64,000 nt of DNA from Eledone cirrhosa (taxonomy: Eukaryota). The notes under the pieces were generated by a model. That model was not told where the DNA came from. It did not search any database and saw only the letters and a program-made list of their open reading frames with translations. This document shows positions 52,458 through 64,000 of the stretch, piece after piece. The stretch spans positions 412,734,001 to 412,798,000 of the forward strand of contig OZ024740.1 in NCBI GenBank assembly GCA_964016885.1, read 5' to 3'. Numbering within the stretch: the stretch's first letter is position 1; each line of letters opens with the position of its first letter. A program made the translations under genes and the position numbers.

Positions 52458-54489
52458 TTGGTGACCCTCGACGATTAAGTATGAAAACGCAGCCTATTTG
52501 TATTCGCCATTCATTTTAATGGCTATGTGGAGTGGCTTAACATTTGGAATGTTCGAATCGGGTAGCTAGACTCACTTAGCGTAAGTCCATACAGTTCATA
52601 ATATTCCATTTGTTGAAGCACGCGGCCTGCACAATATTTCTGTCATAACTTTCATGGTAACACTAGTAACTCACGCATACAGACGAACACAAAAATACAA
52701 CACAAAAAAAGAGTTTTTTTTCGACGACTAACAAAAAATTTCTCTTTTGAATAGAAAAGTATGCGATGTCTTCTATCCGGTTGAGGTGGTTTGGTATATT
52801 TCAATTAGTTGATAAAATGAGTACGGTGACCACCGACTAAGAAGAACTTGCCTTGCAAGCATAGTTTGTTAAAAAAAAAAAAAAAAAAATGATTTCTCTG
52901 GATATAGAATTTTGCTTTCAACCTTCTGTTAAAATTACAAATGGAGACTCAAAAATGTTGTTTTCCCGCGTACAGCTGGTCTTCTTCAATGCCAGCCGTC
53001 TGGTTGGCTGCATAGTGCCACATGACGGCTTCATCACGGACACATTTTTCGTTCGGCCATATTGGGATTTTCTTGCCGAATAATTTTCATGGAAAATAAT
53101 TTTTTTTTATTATTCCAATTTTCTTCAGAATATTTTTAGAAAAAAAATTAGCAGTATTTCAAAAACTTTACGCCACGAGGAAATTTCAAAACGGCTACCA
53201 CCAAGTACCAGCTATCAGCAGCAACACATGGCTAACTATTAACCAACACCAGGGAACGGCTTGTAACTTTACCGACGCAACCACCATACCTTCTGTCTCG
53301 TTACCACAAGGACTCGAGAAATTAAGACATTAGTTTTCTCACCATTATGGCGTCAGACGTGGCTGCCATATTGGTGACTCTAGGTTCTTCAACGCTAGAC
53401 TTCGACTCTACAGAAGATTCATTGTGACTTTGCTTTAACAACAACAACAACTCTACTAGCTCTCTAGTAAAAGCGTTCCCAAAGAAAAAAGAAGCGAACT
53501 TCTTGTTAAAAGAAAAGAAACAATTCTTTCTTTCTTCCTTTTTTTTTCACGCATTTATTTTGGACATTTATTTTTGTTTTAAACTGTATTATATGAAAAT
53601 TCATTTCTCTCTATCATTGTATATGTGACCGCACGCACACATTTTCTCTGCTGTATTACAAGCCTGCATATATACACACACCAACATGTTGTTGTCTATG
53701 GTATGTGATCTTCAAGCGTCGTAATATTCTGCCAGATCCCTTTTCACCTTCTGGAGGTACCAAAACATGCTATCGACACTTGCAGCTTAATTCACCTGCA
53801 CCGCAACACGAGAATGCTAATTGCAGCTGAACTCAAACAGTTTCGCATCTCGTTGCACATTCATCGTCCATAACAACCTCTATCTTGTTATCTTACCCAA
53901 CTCACCGGGAAAACAACAAATAGAACTGGACTTGTCAGCATTTCCACAAGTTGTGTGGATTCGCCTGAATTATGGAACTGCAACCCACCTATAGATTCAA
54001 CTTGCTTTTTTTCTTTTCAAAGCAACCAGACATTTTTTTCCTAGCTCCCTAGCACATTCGGCAATACATCTGGGAGGCCAACATTTTCTCGCCTACCCAT
54101 CATCTTCTAGCCAGCACTGGTAAACTGCCATAATAGCTTCGTCCACAGCTACTGGTACAACACTTACCATTAACATTTAATGCAAGAACAGCAACTTCGC
54201 CCATGTCAGACTTTATCTGTTTTCTGTTAGACCTTTGGTGGTCACGTGTAAACTACAAAACAGCTAGTCATTTGACAGCGGCTCAACACGGCCCGTAGCG
54301 CCTCATTTTTTTTCTTGCATGCATCTTTCTGCTGAATTATTTTTTCACTGATGTGCTCTGTCAGCATTTGTTTTTGCTGATTCAATAATCTGTATCGACT
54401 TCCGTCTAGAAGGGGGGGTGTAAACTGTACATTGTGGGTCCTTGGCTTCATCGTTAACGATTTTCGGCTAAAAATCTGCTCGGAGGTGA

Positions 54490-54945
54490 TGTAGTGACCT
54501 AAATTCCGCGGGCTCACATACATTCTCTGTGCGTGATTTGGCTCAGCTCAGCCAATCAGCGCCAGGGGAAGAGGATGTATTCCTACGCGTTCTGAGGGAG
54601 AAATATCCCGCCAAGATTTGAGGAATCTTGACTTGCAGCTCGACCACGCTAAGGTAAAACACCACTTGTTCTTTTGCTCCGTAAGCACGAGCAATACGTA
54701 ACGACACAACAATTTTACTACGGACCTGGCCAAACGCCTCGGCCAGTCGACAGTATTTTCTCTTGTAATCTTAATTGAATTATTTCATTATTATTGGCAT
54801 GCCAACTTAATTCACTTCTTAACCTTTGTTAATAAATTATGTAAAAACAAGCTGAAGTCGTTGTCGATATTCCTATCGTATCTTTCTACCAAACCTGGTT
54901 CCTCGTGGCAATATTACCAACTTCTAAATATAACTTTCTGCTAAA
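54490..54945 (+). repeat. 3' LTR
   Basis: Same length as the 5' LTR, about 19 substitutions by eye (~4%). Confidence 0.92.
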
Positions 54946-55534
54946 CTACTATATTTTTTTTACATCGGTAATCTTACACGATAACACATTAGATAGTATA
55001 TATGAAAGGAGACAGAAAGTGATACTGGATATATTTTAGAAATGTATGTTTATATGGTGGCTTACCTATTATGCAGTACAGCATTAATCTATATGTAAAG
55101 AAATGCTAATCCGAAAGTCATACCAATTACATTTGTTTCCCTCAGATATATACATGACTCATTTGGCAAAGTATCATTTCACCTGTAAATAATAAGACCC
55201 TATATCCTCTTTTCAATGCTTTATCTCTTTGCATTGTTTTCCAAAAGAAAAGATTACATCGGGAATAAAATGTTTAATGGAATATTGCAGTTGTAAATCT
55301 GTATATCTATCACTTTAGTGGTCTTACATATATACAGAGAAGGCCCATTCGAACTTCTTAGAAGGACTGGATGCACTGCGAAACTCCGCAGCCTAATAAT
55401 CTCCAGTCAGGGTAGACGATACCAAAGACTAGCCATTACTCCAGGCGCATTAAGCATGGTCTCTCGAGACTGAGCTGCCTGTCAATGATATATACACACA
55501 CACAAACACACACACACACACACATACACACACG

Positions 55535-55588
<54 letters not shown>

Positions 55589-55590
<2 letters not shown>

Positions 55591-56820
55591 AGGAAGTTGT
55601 AGCTTACTTGAAGCATTGCGTAATGAGGTATAAACGTTTGGAGTTGGAAGGCCAAGACAATGCATGTATGGACATAGAATATAAATGCAAATGCAAAGGA
55701 TATTGTTGACAATTAGTCTTTTACCTTAAATTTATTTAAATATCCTTAATTTTCGAGATGATATATCTTCTTCGGAGGGAAGTAAAAGGGTCAATCCAGT
55801 GTTCTAATTAGCTTGCCAAGTCATGCTGACAGGAAATGGTATAGATATTCCATTCTATCTCTAATGTGAAAGAGTGAAAGTTAGGTGGATAAAGAGTTGT
55901 CTCCCTTTAAAAGGGGTTTTGTACATGTATGTTTAAGTGTATGGGGGAATAAGTGAAGGTGTAAGTATGCGCGTGTGTGTGTGTGTGTGAGTGTGAGAAG
56001 ATATGTCTATATGTAAATGTGGGGGCTAGATGCTCTATCATGTTAAAATTGGTCTTTGTGTGTGTATGTGTGTGTGTGAGAGAGAATAAGTGGAGGTGTA
56101 AGCGTGTGTGTGTGTGTGTGTGTGTATCTGCGCGTGTGTGTGCGTGTGAGGGGGTGTAAGTGTGGGGCTAGGTGCTCTATCATGTTAAAAATTGGCTGTT
56201 GAATTCTAGTCCTTTATTGATTGTTGGTTGTGTTTTGTCTATAATCAGTGCTTCCTTAATTCTAAGATTGCCGAGGTTTCTTTCCTTAGTTTCTATCCTA
56301 ACTGTTACACACACACACACGCACACGCACACACACACACACACACGCTTACACCTCCACTTATTCTCTCTCACACACACACATACACACAGAAAGACCA
56401 GTTTTAACATGATAGAGCATCTAGCCCCCACATTTACATATAGACATATCTTCTCACACTCACACACACACACACGCGCGCATACTTACGCCTTCACGTA
56501 TTCTCCCACATACTTAAACATACATGTACAAAACCCCTTTTACAGGGAGACAACTCTTTATCCACCTAACCTTCACTCTTTCACATTAGAGATAGAATGG
56601 AATATCTATACCATTTCCTGTCAGCATGACTTGGCAAGCTCATTAGAACACTGGATTAACCCCTTTAATTCCCTCCGAAGAAGAGATATTATCTCGAAAA
56701 TTAAGGATATTTAAATAAATTTAAGGTTAAAAACTAATTGTCAACACTATCCTTTGCATTTGCATTTATATTCTATATCCATACCTGCATTGTCTCTGCT
56801 TTACAACTCCAAACGTTTAT
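55589..56820 (-). mobile_element. Penelope-like element PLE5: GIY-YIG C-terminal tip plus 3' UTR with ~500-bp inverted arm
   Basis: 55629-56125 is inverted against ~56325-56820. Minus 56305-56180 encodes IETKERNLGNLRIKEALIIDKTQPTINK. Confidence 0.85.
56670..56707 (+). ncRNA. Hammerhead-like variant with CCGAAGA core (mirror at ~55742-55780 minus)
   Basis: cct-CCGAAGA-agagat(att)atctc-GAAA-at-TA-agg. Stem III possible only intermolecularly. Confidence 0.5.
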
Positions 56821-56831
56821 ATATATACATA

Positions 56832-56980
56832 TAGAAGTGGTTACACAACAGTTAGTTCACCATACCGGAATTGTTCTCGGTATGGTGAACTAACTGATGT
56901 GTAACCACATCTACCTAACTCGTCACGTGGACTGAGTACTCTACCACTACGGATCTTACCTTCCAGTGTTCTACCACTAT
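56832..56980. repeat. Micro fold-back (~35-bp arms) plus tail between TA tracts
   Basis: gtggttacacaacagttagttcaccataccg / cggtatggtgaactaactgatgtgtaaccac. Confidence 0.85.
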
Positions 56981-57379
56981 ATATATATATATATATATAT
57001 ACATATTTATGTGTATATTTAGTGAAAATAATTTACCTATACACTGGGAAAAAGCTTGTAATGTAGAATAAAGAAAACAGTTTTCAAACACATCTCATAT
57101 TTAGTGCAGATATGGTTTATTACGTCAAATAGTAAAAGAGTTACAAGACAATGTTCGTATGTATTAAAATGCAGTTCATTTCGAATGTGGCAATATCTAA
57201 TGTTACTTTGTCCTATACTGAATAGCATAAATATCAGCTTCTCCCTCCCTTTCGAAATCTATAATATTAATCCTAACTGTTCAATACTGATTTGATATAT
57301 AAAATGTTAATACATGTCAAAGCCTTTTCATTATGCGAAACGTAAACCGCGCACATTGCTAGGAAGCCCAAGCGATCCC

Positions 57380-57600
57380 ACATGAGAATTCCTCAACATG
57401 CGTTTAAGCTGCTGAATATAGCAGTAACACTTTCCTATCATATATTTTCGTTTTCATGACCTTAATATAATTGAACTGACAAGAGTCAAAGAGTTTATTG
57501 CCTTAATCTTATACGTCCCTAATCATAGCAGAACGAGTGCTAAAGCTGAACAGCATGAATGGAGGCTTAGACGATTATGCTGCTTCACTTAAGTGCTTAT
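57380..57600 (+). mobile_element. Possible hAT dimerisation-domain remnant
   Basis: FKLLNIAVTL..SFS and SMN..IMLLH fragments. Confidence 0.3.
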
Positions 57601-58556
57601 ACGATTGTTTAATATAACCTTGAACACATATGTCAATTATTTCGAAATGTTCATTAAAATACGTCATCGATCAGGCTAGCGACAGATATCATATAGCAAT
57701 CAGTCTAATTCTTGGAAAAGATAAGCCGACTTCAGGGGAAAAGATACCGCAAGTGGATTTCCAGTTAATTTCAGATTACAAACCTAATATCAAACGATCT
57801 CAATAACGAAATGAAGAACATTAAAGTAAAATAAGTGAAGTAAACAAACGTTATTCTCACTATTTTGAGAACAATGGAAATTAAATACTAGAAGGTTCAA
57901 TGAGTAGGCACTTTGCTCTTATATTTCTTTTAAATAGATTGAAGTATTTATTTTATTAACATAAGATCATAAACGCTTGCGCCTGCACAGACCCATACAC
58001 AGACACACACATATAAACGTAATTTCTTTTCTGGTGCGGTCGTATATAGAGTTACTTAAGATATATTCATGCATCCATGATTGAGATATAGGCATCTCTT
58101 ACAAATACGTCCACAGGTATGTTTCCATTTCCTGGCCCTTTGAACTTATATCATATCGCTCCTCCAACTTCTCCAATTTCGAAAATTCTCGTGGGCGATT
58201 ATTTTCAGCGAAACATTATCGACGTCTAGCTGAACCAAGCTAAACTTTATAATCTTACACTATTGCACTGACTACTCTCGACAAACAGAAAATATGATTC
58301 AGCTGTGAGCTATCTGATACATTACAACTATTAATAGTAATTAATCTGTTCGTACGTTGGGCGAGCGATTAAATGCAATCTATTTTTACGAGGATTATGA
58401 TGCAAAACAACGAAAAGTTGTGCCTGTGTTCATTACTTACTGAGATAAGTTAAATATAATTGTGTTTTGACTAGACGTACGTTATACATTATCTTCTAAT
58501 TTAATATTGTTCATTAGAATTTGTAAATATAACATAAGACTTCAAATATTCATACT

Positions 58557-58742
58557 TGTTTCTACATTTGGCACAAGGCCAGCAATTACCCTGTACATTA
58601 CTGGTACTTTATTTTATCGACTCTGTAAGGATGAAAAGCAAAGTTAACCCTTGACAGGATTTGAACTCAGACCGTAAAGGGACGTAACTATGCTGGAAAT
58701 TATGGAGTCCGACCCTCCCCCGATACTCCCAATTTACTGCCC
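58557..58742 (-). mobile_element. tRNA-derived SINE
   Basis: Family match. Confidence 0.9.
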
Positions 58743-60034
58743 TTTCATAATTTCATACAAATATGCCCATTACAGAAACATTAGACGAATTTTTAGATGT
58801 CTATATTTAAAACGCAAATATCCCGTAACATATAGAAAGCATTATATATTGTGAATAAAATAGTATATGCTATTTATGTCTGTGAATTCAATGGAGATAA
58901 TATTTTTTTTAAATCTGGAACAATGAATCATAAATGTTAAACTAATATCTATGAACACTATGGATATGTTACCAGTTCTCCCTTAGACCACACTCAAAAT
59001 TAATCTACAATGACATGATCAATGTATGAATGCACACATATTGGCAAATGAAGAATTGTGGAAAACACAATATAGAACGAACTATACAACATAATTAATC
59101 AGTTTCAAACCACGGTGTGTCACATTTTATTAAGAAAATTGAAAGGTATTAAGGTGAACAGAACAGCTGTTTTCAGACGTTGCCTAGTGTTCTTCGTAGA
59201 ATATACTATACCATAGTTAAACTAGTATAAAAGTAAAATCAAATAGCAGTAGATATATGCAATCTATTTCAAACGGTATATATGATAATATTAGAATATG
59301 TAATTCCGACATGAATATGCTTACATGTTTCATACACATGTAGGTAATAGAAGCATGTAATATTCTCCCGAAACTAGATTACAAACAGATACCCACATAA
59401 TAAAACAAACACAACTTTATCAATGTCTATAAAATGCATGCTTTTTATCAACTACGTTATAAATTAAGGGTCAGCTTGATAAATGAGACAATTGTTTTAG
59501 AATACTACGTTTCTATTTGTCCGTAGGGTCTCAGCGATAAGTTTCTATAAATGATGAATCAAACTATTTCACAGAAATAATTCTTAATCTGCTTACTAAT
59601 ATTTAGACGACGGTTTTGTATGTAACTCCTGATAATGATGACAAAGCACTAAGTATACATTGTATGTAGAACAATCACCACATAATGCGTTCCTTCATAA
59701 GACCGTAAACCAATAATTAAGTTGCTTTGCTTTGTTTTCATTCAAATCAACAAAATAACACCTGATTCTGACAGATCATTTCTTCTTAAATGCCTTAAAA
59801 TATCTACCTCGAAGAAGGAACTCGGGATGCTACTTTCACATTATAAATGTAGCTTTAATTTTTTTTTCCTAAACTTGTATGTTTGGTAAATGCCGTACAT
59901 TCAAAATACGTCAAACGCTGGGGGTCGTACATTTTATTGAAGTTGTGATATGTTCTATTGTTGGAGAACAGAGGATTTTGAGATGTTTCTAATGCACTTG
60001 ACTACGTTAAATCGTGTCTCAAGTTCCTAAAAGA

Positions 60035-60107
60035 TAATTGTTTCTACTTTAGGCACAAGGCCAGCAATTACCCAGTGCATTACTGGTACTTTATTTTTTC
60101 GACTCCG
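60035..60107 (-). mobile_element. SINE 3' fragment
   Basis: Family match. Confidence 0.85.
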
Positions 60108-60724
60108 TGATAGAATGAATGTTATGTCTAAACTCTCGGTATCTCGAAACAGTCATTTTAGAGACATTTCAGGAATATTCATGTTACGTTTCCCTTGTTA
60201 TTTTGTAATGATATGATAAATCAAATCACTTTTCGACACCTGAACGTGCTTTTTATTCAAATAAAAAATCTAAAGCCTGGGGAAGCTCTCGTTATAGAAA
60301 TTGTTGTTCGCTTCATGTCTATGGAATTACGATGTTTTGTAAATAAAGGTTTTCTGGCAAATTAGAAACAGTCCTTACGAACTGACCGGTAATGGAAAAT
60401 GCAAGAGAACGAATAGAATAGTTAATATTATGTTATCTGAAGTAAGAGAATCATTTACCATTATTTTGGAAATAATGTTGTTGTTTTTTTTCCATGTACA
60501 TCGTTCAATTTGCTCTCAAGTTTGGAATATCAACAATGGAAACCCTATAAAACATATGATTCTTTCTATAGATGCAGTTCTTTAATTGGTATCCAACTGT
60601 TCGCATAGCTAAAATAGCCTGGACTTGTTCTTATGAAATATGTATGAACATACAAACTCGATCCTTTCATAGAAGTTGAACCACTGCAATATAATTGCAA
60701 GTTTAGTTTCTTCAGGGAAGCAAT

Positions 60725-60930
60725 TGAATGCAACAACCTCACATTATATGTTACTTAAACCTCTTTCATTTCTATGGAAAATGCTTATAGAATTGGGATT
60801 AACAACTGATTTAGATCCAGATAACATTTGAATGCAACAACCTCACAGTATATGCTACTTAAACATCTTTCATTTGTATGGAAAATACTTATCGAATTGG
60901 GATTAACAACTGATTTAGAACCAGATAACA
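60725..60930. repeat. Tandem duplication, two ~103-bp units
   Basis: ttgaatgcaacaacctcaca...ccagataaca at 60725 and 60828. Confidence 0.9.
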
Positions 60931-61037
60931 ACAGTCGTCTTGATTATCAATCCGGAGTTCCGCGAATGTACTATTTCTCAAGACAAAGTATATTGTGTAA
61001 TAATATTATACGTGTAAACATATACAAGCTAATATCA

Positions 61038-61229
61038 ATAATTGTTTCTACTTTTGGTGCAAAGCTAACAATTATCCCAGTACATTACTGGTACTTTACT
61101 TTATCGACCCGTAAGGGTGAAAGACAAAGTTGACCTCGGCGGGATTTGCACTCAGACCATAAAGAGCTGTAACTCTTTGATGCAAAGCATAGCGTCAGAC
61201 CCTCTACCGATACGGCCAATCCACCGCCC
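61038..61229 (-). mobile_element. Full-length SINE
   Basis: Family match. 17-bp TSD aagctaatatcaataat. Confidence 0.92.
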
Positions 61230-61953
61230 TAAGCTAATATCAATAATGATTATGGCCACCTTAAATTTATTATGTGTAGAGAGTATCTTTGTTACGATAC
61301 TACTGCAATTTCTCGCCAATACAAATTGGATAGCTTACACCAGATATCATCTGGCCTAGTTAACCTAAACATGATCACTTCCTTCTGTCCACCGCTCAAA
61401 TTCTATGCGTTAAACATATTTGGGCTATTCTATTCATTCGTTTAAAGCTTCGAAAAATAAAGAAATGTACATTTTTTATGAATAATTTTAAAAGTTAAAT
61501 AAGATATATATCATCAGCATTTAAAGCCCCTATATTCATATAATTGGCTGTGGATCTTATTCTATTACTAACCCGTCAAATATAAACATACGTGCGCGTT
61601 TGTATGCCAGTGTATTAATTAAGTCCACGGCTATCTTCTTGGCCTCCCTTTTCCTTCAATGTTTTAACATTTATTGAGATAATTCTGGCTACAATTGACA
61701 AGCATGCCTGTTGGTTTAATTGTTGATAAAATTATTGAAACTGAAATTGACAAAACAATATTTATTTTAAGTTTCATATTGTGTAACGTCTATTAACTGT
61801 ATATCGGCGATTGATAAATATAATTTCATTTAGAAAATAGTATCTATCTACTATGTTTAACATCTATCCTTCCGACCCTTCTAAAGTATTACTCTAAATG
61901 TGGCATTAACGAACGATAAATAGTTACGCACGTAGAAGCATTATTATAGGATT

Positions 61954-62482
61954 GGTGGATTGGCAGTATCGGTAGAGAGTCGGACCCCATGCTTTCCAGC
62001 ATAGTTACGTCCCTTTACGGTCTGAGTTCAAATCCCGCCGAGGTTTACTTTGCCTTTCATCCTTACAGGGTCGATAAAATAAAGTACCTTGTGCCTAAAG
62101 TAGAAACAATTATGATAGGACTGGCAGTATCGGTGGAGGGTCGGACGCCATGCTTTTCAGTTACGTCCCTTTACGGTCAGAGTTCAAATCCCGCCAAGGT
62201 TAACTTTGCCTTTTACGGGGTCGATAAAATAAAGTACCAGTAGTGCACTGGGTAATTGCTGGCCTTGTGTCAAATGTAGAAAAACTTATTATATGATTGG
62301 CAGTATTGATAGAGAGTCGGATGCCATGCTTTGCAGCATAGAGTTACGACCCTTTACAGTATGGGTTCAAATTCCACCGAGGTTAACTTTACCTTTCATC
62401 CTTACGGGATCGATAAAATAAAGAACCAATAATACACTGGGATAATTGCTGGCCTTGTGCCAAAATTAGAAACAATTATTAT
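61954..62482 (+). mobile_element. Head-to-tail array of three SINEs
   Basis: Units ~61954-62112, 62121-62290, 62296-62478, each with private deletions. Confidence 0.92.
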
Positions 62483-62919
62483 AACTTTAACATAACTAAG
62501 ACATCACTAAATAAGAGTATTAATTACAACATTGGGATAATGCCCTCATCCTTCACGATATGCTTCTTTTACCCAAATGTAAAGCCAACGAATGTCTCTG
62601 ATTTCTGGTTTGTGAGAGAAATGAACTATGGTAGTAAAATATGCGTTTGGGTGATGTTCTACGTTAGGTTCTGTTTGTTTCTGGTGGACTACTATTAGTT
62701 ACTAGAAGTGAGTAACATAGCTCTGAGTATGGTTATAGCGTTTCAATATACCCCAGCGATACCTACTTAGAACAAAATCGAGTCAGCAAGAACACCTGTA
62801 TGTCGTCACCCGAATAGCAAGAAATAGAAGCTATATCCACATTAAATCACACCCAACTGATGTGAAAATTTGATGGTACTTTTAGACCTATTAATCATCA
62901 GCGTCGTCCTGTATGTACA

Positions 62920-64000
62920 TGTACTTGTAATTGTGTCGACATTCACCCTGGACGGGTTGATCCGGCTTCTTCCCTTGTTCTGACGGCATTCCGAACCATG
63001 GCAGCCCACGCACGACGGTCCCGGGCTAGGTTACTGGAGTTAGCGAGCCAGTCACGATTCCATCGGCGCAGGCCGACCACCTGCGGACCTGAGAGTTCGG
63101 AGAGGTCCTCCTTGATTGTCGTTGCCCAGGTATTCAGCCGTCCGCCAATGCGCTTGCACCAATTAGGGAGTGGAGGTGGGAGGAGAACATCGCGGATCAG
63201 CTCACCCTCAGGGCGCCGGGTTGCGTGATCAAACCATCTCAAGCGCCGTTGCAGAAGCACTGAAGGAAGGGGTCGAATATTCAGGCGAAGACAAAGACTG
63301 GTGGTAGGTACTCGATCAACGTGTCGGCAGCGAAAATGCGGCGGATGCAGTCATTGTCAAAGAACTCCAGCCCTCGTTGATCGACTACCCTCATAGGCCA
63401 TGTTTCACAGCCATAAAGGAGGATAGTGAGAACGATGGCCTGGTAGATTCACCATTTGGTCGCCGAGGTGATCTCTCCCCTGTCCTACAGACACCGCTGG
63501 AGGCGCTCAAAAGCGGATTTTTCAGCACCTATACGACGCTGACCTCGGCTGCACCCTGTCCCGTTGGTACCCCTATTGAGCCCAGGTAAACGAGACATAT
63601 TGGCTGCCAGGCATCAGGCGAGACCAGTGACGTCATTGATTCGTAGACCAACGGCGGCGGCTGCAGTGTGCACCCTTTCGAGAGCACCTCGTACATCTGT
63701 CCCGTTAGCGCCCATCAGCACGATGTCATCCGCATAGTCCAGGTCCGTCACCACGACTGCTCTCCCGACCTGCTGTGTTGAGAGTGTAGTCAATGGCGTA
63801 GTTAAAGAGAGTTGGCGATAGCGCACACCCCTGCCGAACATCGGACCCAACATCGAACGACTCCGTCTCCCCCACCATAGGCCCTCACTCGAGCGCAAGT
63901 CGACCGGTAGTAGCCTTGTATGAGACGAAGCAGCTTCACTGGGGCGCCGTCCGCCTGCATTATACGCCAGAAGCCTTCCCGATCTACCGAATCGAAAGCA
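62920..64000 (-). mobile_element. RTE-clade LINE 3' part, frameshifted, runs off the window
   Basis: AFDSVDR at the window edge, DLDYADDIVL, RRLRWFDHATRR, WATTIKEDL, ARDRRAW. Confidence 0.9.

Larger units (their letters stand above)
52002..54945 (+). mobile_element. Non-autonomous Gypsy-type LTR retrotransposon (2.94 kb)
   Basis: 456-bp LTRs, 4-bp TSD ctac, PBS tggtgaccctcgacg at 52459, purine run ggaggtga before the 3' LTR. No gag/pol ORF inside. Confidence 0.9.

Overview
AT-rich, microsatellite-laden eukaryotic DNA with no host protein-coding gene that I can support. The SINE family and repeat landscape suggest an octopod cephalopod (inference). The window is almost entirely retroelements. 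It holds five 5'-truncated Penelope-like elements (PLEs): two Naiad-like, two near-identical Neptune-like and one GIY-YIG tail. Each PLE has an inverted copy of its own 3' end at its 5' side and sits in (TA)n. Also present are a near full-length L1/Tx1-type LINE inside an (ATT)n array, CRE, RTE and CR1 remnants, a non-autonomous LTR element, a Tc1/mariner-type MITE and about 15 copies of a tRNA-derived SINE. The most notable hidden signal is non-coding: a dozen or more intact or degenerate type I hammerhead ribozyme (HHR) motifs from several unrelated families. These include a 428-nt HHR-to-HHR tandem (retrozyme-like, candidate circular RNA) and a series of small fold-back insertions whose junctions fall at the ribozyme core or its stem II. 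All alignments and folds were done by eye, so boundaries are approximate to a few nt.
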